Shown here one piece after another: positions 43,279-55,747 of a stretch of DNA of 64,000 nt. The position numbers and the translations under genes were made by a program. The stretch comes from Eledone cirrhosa (lineage: Eukaryota): positions 16,492,001 through 16,556,000 of the forward strand of contig OZ024746.1 of assembly GCA_964016885.1 (NCBI GenBank). The letters run 5' to 3'. Below the pieces are notes generated by a model. The model searched no databases, was not told the DNA's origin, and saw only the letters and a list, made by a program, of their open reading frames with translations. Positions within the stretch are counted from its first letter, which is position 1; each line of letters starts with the position of its first letter.

Positions 43279-43913
43279 ACACATACATTATACACACCTC
43301 AGGTGACTATATATATATATATATATATATATACAGTGGAACCTCAGTTCACGAATGCTGTCTCAAGTAACAAACATGTAAACCAGCAACAATGGTTGGT
43401 GACAAGCTGGGAGTATTGGTAGGAACACTGTCACTATGTAGTTAGTTACTATGGTGATATCTATCCATCTTTCTCTCACAGTCTCTCTCTCTCATTGTAT
43501 TTCTCAAATATTTTGTATGGGAAAAATAGTTTCAGTTTACAAACATTTAGGATGACGAATGGCCTTCAGGAACAATTAAGTTTTGAACTGAGGTTCCACT
43601 GTATGTGTGGATATATATCCAAAATTAAATTAAATTAAGGGTCATGTCTGAGACATGCGCCATATCCACCGGGATTTGACTACTGTGAGTTTACGGATTA
43701 ATTGTGAAATATATTTCTTTAATGAAATATATACAAGGAAGATTAATCATTTTTAAAAGGTAATATTTTAAGTTCTAGTTAAACTTTAATTAGTTACCTA
43801 CCTAGCTGTGTGTGTGCTTACACACTTTACAAATTATCCCGTGATTGTTTCATGTGTTTATTTTAAATATATATATGTCAATCAATTTCTAGTTGACACA
43901 CACACACACACAT

Positions 43914-43944
<31 letters not shown>

Positions 43945-46900
43945 CACACACACACACATTCCCAAACCTCACATATCATCAAGGTCATGGAATGAATCAT
44001 CAAAAGTAAACTAATCACTTTTCTGGAGGAAAATAGTCTTCTAGCTGACACCCAGCATGGCTTTTGTCTGGGTAGAAGTTGTCTTACAGCATTATGAGTG
44101 GATACTCAAACAGTTGCTAAACCTCTCTCAACTTTGCAAAGGCCATCGACAAGGTTGATCATTGAATGTGTCACAAATCACAGCAACTTTGGCATGGCTG
44201 GAAAACTAGGTGAATGGCTTCATGACTTCTTGAAAGACAAAAGCCAGACTGTCGCAGCCAATGGGGCCCTCTCAAAAGGAACGTCAATAATGGCGTGTCC
44301 CAGGAACTGTCTTGGAGCCAATACTGTTTGTGGTGGCTCTCACACATGCCCTCTGTAATATAGACAGCCTCCCTCACAAGCTATGCTAATGACATGAAAG
44401 TATCACAAGCAATCAAGAAACTGGCTGCTGCTACTCTCTTACAATATTTAGATGCCATATATGGATGGGCTGAAGACAATATGCAATTTAATGCAAGTAA
44501 CTTTCCAGCCCTCCGCTATCAATCCACAAATACAGGACCATCACAACAAAGGTACACTGGACCAGGAGGAATTGAAATCCCTGAATCAAAATCAATACGG
44601 AACTTTGGTATTGACATGAGCAATGATGCATCATTTCATGCACCCATCACCAAAATGGTAATATGCAGATGACTGGTGGGTTGGATTCTGAGGACTTTCA
44701 GGACAAGAGACCCAGAAACCATGCTGGTCCTCTGGAGTAGTGGTCACCAACCAGTGGTCTGCAAGAAAATTTTAGTGGTTCACAGAAAAATTTTAATGTA
44801 TCTATCTTTTTTAAAAAATTCATATTAGTGAGCCACAGGATTTAAAATTATGAATTTAGTGGTCGGCGATGTACGAAAGGTTAGTGACCGCTGCTCTGGA
44901 GGACCTTTGTCCTCAGCCGACTGGACTATTGCTCTCAGCTATGGTCACGACAGTGTCAAACTAACTGCAGAACTTGAAGCAATCCAATGAAGCTACACCA
45001 AGGAGATTGCCTCATCGAAAGAGATGAGCTACTGGGAGAGGCTGAAAAAAAATAAAGCTTTACTCCCTGGAGCAATGAAAGGAGATATACAAAGTGATAT
45101 ACATATGAAAGATCCAGGAAGGGTTGGCACTAAATTTTGGCATTGAAGGCAGGACCAGCCCATAAAGGTCCCATCTATCACATCAAGAATAAGGACCAGA
45201 TACTGCAATAGCCTGGGGTTCAAGGGACCTCAGCTTTTTAATAAGCTGCCAAAGAGCCTGAGAGATTTGCATGATGTGCATTTGGATGTTTTCAAGAGAC
45301 ATCTTGACATTCTACAGACCGTGGGTCCCAGATGAACCCGCAGTTCGATGCAAATTGCAAATAAGAGCAGCAGCAACAATCTCCATTTTGCATCAATGGC
45401 CAACCAGAGAAGGCTGACTGTAGAAAGGGTAGCATCAGTGGTGGTACCCCAGCATGGTCCCAGCCTCTCAACTGGAACACATAATAGAGTAATAGTAAAT
45501 AAATGCACTACAGGTTGTTACGGGTGAAGGCAGCTTAAACTTTAATCTGTTATTTTAATAAATATATATATATATATAATGCGACACATTATATATATAT
45601 ATATATATATATATAATGTGTCGTTTCCTTGAGCAAGACACTTTATTTCACATTACTCCAGTTTACTCAGCTGTAGAAATGAGATGATAGGGACTGGGGT
45701 CCAAATCATTCCACTGCAAAGTGGCCGTAGAGGTGCCACGGCAAAAAAAAAGCACCCGCCCTAGATAGATAGATAGATTTTTATGTGTATATTTATATAT
45801 ATATATGTATATGTGTATATATATATATATATGCGTATATGTGTTTGTATACAGCACTCACTGTAAATGAGGTTGGTGTTAGGAAGGGCATCCAGCTGTA
45901 GAAATCAAGCCAGAATCAGTTCCCGTCCTACCCTTGCAAGCAGGGAAAAGCGGACGTAAAATGAAAATGAATATATATAAAAGTGAAATTGTCTGTGTGT
46001 ATGTGTGCGCGTGCGTGTGTCCTCATTTTTGCACCATCAAGGAAGCCCCAGAGATGTCGCAGCCTCAGCGCATGTTTGGGCATCATCAGCCACGGCATGC
46101 CCAGCCCTCTACACAACGGGTGTTGAGAGTAGATGGATCGTCTGACCATGGGAGCATGTCCCTTCCATAAAAAGCGGAAGAGGAGGCGCTCCATTTTTGT
46201 CAGAGTTGGGCCGGGGAAAGGCACAACAGTTAGGCGGTAGCAGATGACAGCTGCGATGGACGCATTCTCCACCTCTGCCCGACCTTTCAGGGACAGCTTC
46301 CTCTCGGCCCATTTCTGGGTGAGAGGCCACCCTGTTCGTCACCTCACTCCAGTTTTTATCCATCTGGAGGTCTGGACCGAACCAGACCCCGAGCAATTTA
46401 ACCGGTCCTTCCGTCCAGCGCCCAACGACGCTGTCGGGCAGCATGGACTTGGCACTCCAGGTGCCGAGCTTCAAGCCCACTGACTTTTCCTGGTTTAACT
46501 TTTCTCCCGTCACTGCTTCAGATTCCTTGAGAGCGGTGCCGAGCATCTGGACATGTCCGGCGCTTGACCGGACCTACTGAGTATGCGCCTGTAGACTGAG
46601 GAGTGGAAAACAGAGAGGGTGCTTGCCCTAGTGGTCAGGGTGGCCATGGTCTTTTGTATAGTTTTCGCCACGAGTGTCGCTCGGAAGTTTCCCCCATATT
46701 AGGGAATTTTTGTTGTTTGAATTTTTTTATATTTCTATCTTGTTATAACCTTTTTTACACGGCCAAAACCTACGCTGGAGAAAACTCATCCATGGATCTC
46801 GGGAATTTTACCCGCCCTAGATAGATAGATAGATATATGTATATGTGTGTTTGTATATGTATGTATATATATATACATATATGTGTGTGTGTGTGTGAGA

Positions 46901-49900
46901 ATGTGGCAAAGATAATACGTCAGCAATGACGTGTTGGTCACAATGACAGCCAGACATACAGACAGATATTATAAGGGTGCGACGGAGATTGATAACCGGC
47001 ATCTAACACTCCTTTAACAACAGAAAATTGAAAAATAAAAGCTGCAGTTAATATTTTTAGACTGCAAGGAATATATAAATGCAAGTTTGAAGTCAATCGG
47101 AGTAGAAATGTGGATTTGTATAGACTTTGCAAAAATGAGGGGACACACACAGACAACAACAGTTTTATATATATATGTATAGATAATAACAATATTTATA
47201 CTTATATATGTTTAATATACAATTATAAATATGGAGGCTAGTACTAAGTACTAGCCAGTTACCGGTATGACAAAAGGCTCAATGCAAATTATCAAGTGTT
47301 TTACAGAGTTGAACATCAGGAATGTCTAATCCTAGTCATTCAGAGCATTTAGGTAGATACATAAGTGTTGTTAGTGTTCATGTAGAGAATCAGGAGTTAA
47401 AAAGATGTTATGCTTGAGAGAACACAATTACAAGTTGAAAGTGTAAGAGGTATAAGCAAAAAGTACAGGCAAAAAAAGTTACAAACAAGGAAAAATGTAA
47501 GATAGGATAGACATATGATATAAGATATCATAGCATTGGAGATCAGGTAATGTTAAGGGTATACAATGCAGGAGTCAATATAATCAATAAGGCATGTATG
47601 AGGAAAGAGTTATATTACAGCTGAAATAAGCATATTTCGTGTAGAATGTTAAAGCATGTTATAAGTGTTAGAAATGTTTAAAATGGCATGCTATATGGTA
47701 GCGAGACGTGGTGATAAAATAGGTATATGTTATGTGAGGTGTAATGCAAACCACGTGATTTAATTGGTAGGTAATTTTCACTCAAGTGTTTTTATATTGT
47801 AGTTCGTTTATAGATGTTCTGAATGACTAGGATTTTAATTGACTGTTTAGACATTCCCTAAGCTCCAATGATACCAGACATCCCTCTGGAAGAAACAATT
47901 GTCAGCAAATAAATGTATTAAACTAAGATTTGATTGTTTTTACACTTTGTATATATATATACGTGAAAAATAAACAGATAAACAACACAGGAAGATGATA
48001 CAGTGCAACAAAGGTATGTATTAGTTTAATATTTGATATAGTAGAAAAAGAGTCTTAAGGTTTCACAGTTTTTCATCAGTAGATAGAATTAGAAATAGAA
48101 AAAGAAAAATAGAGAGACAGAAGAGGAACAGAAAAAATGTGTTTGTGTGTGTGTGGTGTGTGTGTGTGTGTGTTTAGTTAGCCAATATATATATATATTA
48201 TATATATATGTACACATATGGAGGCACATGGCTTAGTGGTTAGAGCATTGGCCTTGCAATCGAAAGGTTGCGAGTTCAATTCTCAGACCGGGTGATGTGT
48301 TGTTTCCTTGAGCAAGACACTTTATTTCACATTGCTCCAGTTTACTCAGCTGTAGAAATGAGATGATAGGGACTGGGATCCCTATCATCTCATTTCTACA
48401 GCTGAGTAAACTGGAGTCCCTATCATTCCACTGAGTAAACTGGGGTCCCTATCATTCCACTGCAAAGTGGTCGTGGAGGTGCCACGGCAAAAAAGCACCC
48501 AGCACTCGCTGTAAATGAGGTTGGTGTTAGGAAGGGCATCCAGCTGTAGAAATCAAGCCAGAATCAGTTCCCGTCCCACCTTTGCAAGCAGGGAAAAGCG
48601 GACGTAAAATGATGATGATGATATATACACATACAATTATCTATATACACACAGTTTCCATTGGATGTCTACATCAATATACAACCGTACAAAAGACCTG
48701 GCATAAATTTAGAAGAAAAACTCATTCATTAAACATTCTGTAGACTACAAAGGAAAGCAATGCAGACAGATGCAGACATACATTGTATTAGGATCTCAAC
48801 AATCAGATTTACATATTTTATCACATTCACATCAATAATAAACTTATAACAAAATAATTGTTTCTACTTTAGGCACAAGGCCAGCAATTATCCCAGTGTA
48901 TTATTGGTACTTTATTTTATCGACCCCGTAAGGATGAAAGGCAAAGTTAACCTTATAACAAAATAATGATAATTGGCTACTTTAGGCACAAGGCCAGCAA
49001 TTTGAAGAGGAGGGGTAAATCGATTAAATCGATCACAGTGCATTACTGGTACTTTATTTTATTGACCTCATAAGGATGAAAGGCAAAGCTAACCTTGGCA
49101 GGATTTGAACTCAGAATGTAAAGGGCCATAACTATGCTTCAAAACATGGTGTGACGCTCTACCAATACTGCCAATCCAATAATAATTGTTTCTATTTTTG
49201 GCACAAGGCAAGCAATTATATCAGTGCATTACTGGTACTTTATTTTATCGACCCCGTAAGGATGAAAGGCAAAGCTAACCTCGGCCTTTCAGCCTTACAG
49301 GGTCGATAAAATAATAATCCAATAATAATTGTTTCTACTTTTGGCACAAGGCCAGCAATTATCCCAGTGTATTACTGGTACTGTATTTTATCGACCCCGT
49401 AAGGATGAAAGGAAAAGTTAACCTCGGTGGGATTTGAACTCAGACCATAAAAGGCCGTAACTCTTTGCTGCAAAGCATGGCGTCAGACCCTCTACCGATA
49501 CTGCCAATCCACTTAGTCATACAGGTTTCACATTAAGAAAACATTAAGGATGTCACAGGACAGTACAGTGTAGGTTTTGATGAGTAAAAAATGTTTAACA
49601 AAAACAAGGAAACGAAGGAAACATGTAAAAAATTCAAATAGAGAACCTCATGGATGAGGGCATGCTTGGAGATGATAGATCAAAGTTAGGCCAGATGAAA
49701 TGTTGAGCCTGGACTGAGACCTCTGCACCTCATGTGAAGTTTTACCAGTTGCGGTTTAATCTGAAACCGCAGGTAAGTTCGTTACTCAACCGCAGTTTAA
49801 TTATTCATACGTCCTTGGTTTTCAATTTACTAAATTCAGCCAGGTGTAACTGCTTGATAAGTATGTATTAATTGGTTCTAGTCTACTAGTTCTTATATAT

Positions 49901-52900
49901 TTCTTTTGACCAATGTCTTTCACTCAGCAACAAAGGCCCTGAGTCTGCATATTTGAAGAACAAGGTCAGAGTTACATAAACAGCATACCAAGTTCTGTTT
50001 TTCTGTAAACAGCTAACTATTCTAATTCATTGCAGTATCTAGTTTCATCTCTTTAAATTCTACCAAAGTCACCGTTGGTTCCCATACTTCTGGTGTACCA
50101 AAGTCACCGTTGGTTTCCATACTTCTGGAGTACCAAAGTCACCATTGGTTTCTATACCTCTGGAGTTGATAAGTAATAAATACCATGTCTGTATTAAGTA
50201 TATTTAATCAACAATAAACAGGGGTGTAGAGTGCTGCTCCGCCTCCCCCTTTCATTTTTTACTATATTTTTCTTTTTTTTTTATTACAAGCACTAGGTAA
50301 TTTAATTGAATCCGTTTAATCAGATCTGCACAACAAATGCCAGGGCAGCCCACCATTTCCATCGATGGAAAGTGAAAGACAGCCCAGCATGTGACTGTAG
50401 AGACCCTGACCAGACAGTGCTGCATGTTGTTCAGGTTTCCCCCTCATATTTTCCCAGCAGCCTGGAGGCAATCCATACTACTACAAATGATGCCTTAGTC
50501 TGGCTCACCAATCTCAATCTGTCTAACCATTTTACATATGTCATACAAAAAGAAGAAGAAGATTTAATCGAAATATGTTGAATACACATATTCTCTCCAT
50601 TATATATGATTTCCAGCCTGAAAATTTAGTTTAGTATATTCATAAATTAATGGTCATGATCTGTGACAAATCCCTTCATCACCATCATTTAACATCTATT
50701 TTCTCTGCTAGAAAAGGTTAGACATGTCACTACAGATCAGTCAGTACCCAAGCTGTACCTCTGACCTTCATGTGATCTGGGGAGCCCAACATATGATCTC
50801 ACCGCCTCCACCATGGCACCAACACTAGGAAGGTGATCATGTCTATGGCACAGCTGAAGATTCTTACTGGCCCCTTGTTTAGCAAGTTTTCTACAGCTAG
50901 ATACCCTCCCTATCACCCTTATGTTATAAATTAGTTTAACCCTTTAGCATTCACATTACTCTATATTTACTATTGTATTTCCACAGAAAAGGCTTTATCT
51001 CACATAATAGCGAATCTATGAGATTTTGAGAATAATACCTTAACATTAGAATGAGCAGCCGCTTACGACTGGTTTGAACAGAAGCTGGAGGGGTGGGGGT
51101 TCTGGCCGTTTGAATTGCTAAAGGGTTAAAAGAGATGTATAACAATATATATTTGCTGCCCACATTAGAAATATACACAAAATTATGGTTGGAGTCTTAT
51201 TTGTGATCTTAGATATCTTTATTCCCATAATTTCAATTTATCAGAATGTGTATTATACATGTTTTAAGTTCACATGTTACCAAGGTTAACTTAACCTATT
51301 CTCCAACTGATAACAGACACTATCTGATAAAGGACAAATTGACAAAAGAAAATAACAAAACAAGAAACAAAATGAATTCTAATATCAATCTATACTATAA
51401 AGCTGATGGCCGTAACAAACTTTCCGCCAAATGGCTGGACCAAACAGCCCCATAGATGTAACTTTTTCCAAGTAAAAAAGTGAGGGTATTTTTGTCTACT
51501 GAATTTTGTTAAAAGATTAAAGACATTATTTAAATATTCACTTCTTTAAAATTTCAAATGTCAACACTTCCGGTTATACGTCATTCCTCACTTTTTCTTA
51601 TGACATCGCACAACATTCCCCTCTTTTTCTTAGTCTGTATGTCTGCCTGTCTGCATTAGATAACGTTTTTCGAAATATTTACTTCTGCGTTCACAGACTG
51701 ATTTTTTAATTTTCAGAAGATCCCGTTAAGGGTGAAAGCAGCGATTCTTTGCTTAAACTTTAATCTGTTATTTTAATATATATATTCGTGTACAGATTTT
51801 TGCATAGACAAAAACAAAAACCTATTCATTTCACGAAAGCACAGACGGCTCATCGTCATTGTTACTGTTCGAGGTTAGAGGACCACAGTCTTTCCAAGAT
51901 CTGAGAACCATTAATGGCCATCAATGTTCCACTTACCATTTGGCTTGCCACATGTGTGGTATGTTACACGATGACAGCCATTGGCACCTCACCCAGCAAG
52001 AAGCAGTAACTGCTAAAGTCCCTTCTCGGCTACGAAAACATTTTGCTATTATGCTGCACAACTGCGATCTCGCCGACCCTCTCGCACTGTGGAACAACCA
52101 CCGTGAAAGTCTAGCTGAGGACATCCTCCACCGCACACGCAGACACAATCCAAACGTAACATACAATGTCGTTTTCAATGAGGCGCTCATTTGTCTTGAA
52201 AACAGTGTCCTGGAGATTGGTGGTAGGCCTCTAAGTCACTACAGCTTACCTGCTCCTGACAGGAGTGTCCAGAGGTCAACATCTACAGAGCTTCTCCGCG
52301 AGACGAGCTACAAGATCAGTGATGGTCAATTGTATGTAGGATGCTCTAGGGTGAGCTCGTCAAACAATCTCTTCATGTTTGCTCTGGATGGCCGAACAAA
52401 AAATATTGTATACTCTGAGGCTCTAACAATGTAATTTAAATATTTTCTGTTACTTGGAATTTGTTCTCTGTTCAGTCTTTATTATTGTAACTATCAATTT
52501 TCTTCAACGTACTGGCTGCTGAACTGGGTAATCCTAAAAACTATTCAAAGCCAACATTAGAGCACGTTACAGAGTGTACTGGGTGCGTTTTAACCTGCCA
52601 CCGACACCTAGAGAGGTTGTCATGTCCATGATACATCTGAACAGTCCTCTCAATGTGAGTTTGTATTAAGAATACTTCGTACCTCATGTCACATGTTAGT
52701 ATTTATTACTTGACTAGGGTGGTAAATCGACAGTATTGGTAGAAGGTCGGACGCCATATTTTCTAACATAGTTACGACCCATTACGGTCCGAGTTCAAAT
52801 TCCGTCGAGGTTAACTTTGCCTTTCATACTTACGGGGTCGATAGAATAAAGTACCAGTAATGTACTGAATAATTACTGGCCTTGTGCCAAAAGTAGAAAC

Positions 52901-53386
52901 AATTATTTTACTAATTTCTGTCATTCAACTATGTAGTTATTCTTGGGTATTGCCTTCAACACTTTTGTTCATGTCAACTGTAATACTTATTTCAGTTTGG
53001 TATTTAATTTATTATTTGATATTTAACTGCTAAGTTACAAGACATAATGGGACAGGATATAAGCAAAGACAACAATGGTTTGAACATAAACAGACAAACG
53101 CGCGGGCGGGCGTACGTGCGTATATATATATATACACACATATATATATATATATATATAAATATATATAAAGGATAACACAATATCGTTATAGGTAATC
53201 CAATTAGAGGTTGTGAATACTTATTATTATGGATAGTTTTAGCGTACAGCGTTGCTTGACTCAACAAGAGGTTTACGTAGGTAGCGAGTTTATGATTTCA
53301 CTTGTATTCCTATGTAAGTTTATCTTGGAGTAATAAAATTGAAAAAGTGGAGAATAACAGGCGTTGTTATTCTCCACTTTTTCAAT

Positions 53387-53422
<36 letters not shown>

Positions 53423-55709
53423 ATGGCTGCCCCCTCGTTAACGAGTGTGGCCATTGCACGAAAAAAAAAAATCATAATAATGATTTTATTGGCCACAAGG
53501 ACTGACATCAAGAAAAAACATTACAGACGGCACAGGACGGTACGATGTGGGTTTTGTGCGTGTAAAGATTTTTATTTATATAAGAAACGAAAAAGAAAAA
53601 AAAAGACAAACATATATATATATAAACAATAAAAATAAAAATTCAAACAATGAAAAATTCCCCTAATAGGGGGAAACCTCCGAGGATTGCTCGTGGCGAA
53701 AACCACACAAAAGACCACGGCCACCCTGACCACCAGGGCAAGCGCCCTCTCTCAATTTTTCCCATTAATAATAACAATAACAACAATAATAATAATAATA
53801 ACAATAACGACAATAATGATATACATATACACACACACACGATAGCAATTAACAGCGCTGCGATCGAATGTGGCTTTTTAGCCCAGCCAATGATCTAGAA
53901 TGTCTTGCAGAGTTGGCAACCAAAACATTCACTGGGAATAGCCGGCCATGGTTGGGGTTCATGTACTTTTGCATGTCGTTTGAGCCCTCCTGCTGATTTA
54001 CATTCTCTACCATATGCTTGGCAAGCACGACGAGTAACATCTCCAACAGCAGCCTGGTAGTCAACCACTGGTCTCACTTTATGACTGCGAAGATGACTTT
54101 TGAGTCCAGCTTTGCTGAGGTAGAGTCTCGCACAGACGTTCTATGTCAGCGCCATAGGAGGACTTTCGCTGTCTGAAAATGCAACAGTAATGCCCTTCCT
54201 CACATCCCTCTTTACTTTCTCGTATGCGATTCGAGATGCCTCAAAAGCAACTTTCCCCTCATATACAGTCTTTCTCCATTTATTACGATCAGTAGCAACA
54301 TTTTTCCATGTATCTGCAGAGATGTTAGTGTCAAGGAATCCTTATACCTCTTTTTTGGTTTATGTTGAGGTCGTTTTCCTTTAACTAACTCTCCATAAAA
54401 GAGTTGTTTTGGTATTCTAGAATCCTTCATCCTGGCAAAGTGACCACTCCAACGGAGTCTTTGCTTAAGCACAAGAGCTTCTATACAGTCACACACAGAG
54501 CTTTCCAAAATCTGGACATCACTGATGTGGTCCCTCCAGTGAATGCCATGGATCCGCCTGAGACATCTGATGGAAACGCTCCAATTGTTTAAGGTAGTGT
54601 CGATATATGACCCAGGTCTCGCAGGCATAAAGAAGAGAAGAAAGCACACATGCCTTGTACACCTTTACCTTTGTCTTCTTGCATATGTCTCGCCGACCCC
54701 AGAGTCGCCTTTCTAGCTTTCCGAAAGCATCACTTGCTTTCCTAATCCTGAGTGGGATAACATATTCAAGGTTGCTGTATCGATTGATAGTGCTTCCCAG
54801 GTAGACAAACTGATCAACCACTCCAAGTCGTCTACCATACACATAGATATTTGTCTCACTGTACTGCTTACTAGGGGCAGGTTAGTACATGACGACGGTT
54901 TTCTTGAGACTGACAGTCAATCCTAGGGCAGTACAAGCATCAGAAAATGCATTCAAAATGTGCTGCATATCACTGTGTGCGCTACAAGATCGCAATCATC
55001 TGCATACAAGAAGTCTCTTATGATTGATGTAAATACTTTTGTTTTTGCAGCAAAGCGCCTGATGAATGGGCCTTCTCTCTATATCAGCCTGTAGGTTGAG
55101 GAAAAAGAGGAAAAGAGGAAAGGGGTACAAACTCTTCGTACTCCTGGAGATGAGGGTTGCACATTTTTTCGGGGGTATGTGTTACCCATATGAAATGTCT
55201 CCCCCTATTGGGGAAAAAAAAAAAAAATCGATTAATTTTTAAATTGCATTTGTGATAGTATTTTACACGTTTTTATTGTATGTAAACTTGCCCCTTTGTA
55301 TTTGTCCCCTTCTGTTGTGCCCCTGTGGCTAATAAAGAAACATATCTTAAACAAGGTTCAGAATTAACTGTCGGGAAAGTTCACATTGGAGTACTCTAAT
55401 GTGAACTTCCCTAGAGTTAATTCTGAACCTTGTTTAGGGTAGGTAGGTAGGAGGGTAGGTAGGTGTGTGTACACCCATACAGCCCTCTCGCTTTTTTATT
55501 TTTTTATTTTTTATTCTGTTTTTTTTTAATATATTCCGTTTAATTCTGTTTCTATTTATTTCTGTTTTATATTTATTTTTATTTCTATTTTTCCCGCTAA
55601 TCCCCCCCCCCCACTATCCTGATGAAGGATTTATGTCCGAAACGTCGTAAACAACACCCTAATAACATCATGTACCATTTACTCTTGCGTTTATTTGTTT
55701 GTTATTTCG

Positions 55710-55747
<38 letters not shown>

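Noticed and set aside
48220-48290. tRNA gene
   Set aside because: A and B boxes are present, but the sequence runs into a SINE body, is multi-copy, and has no convincing acceptor stem.
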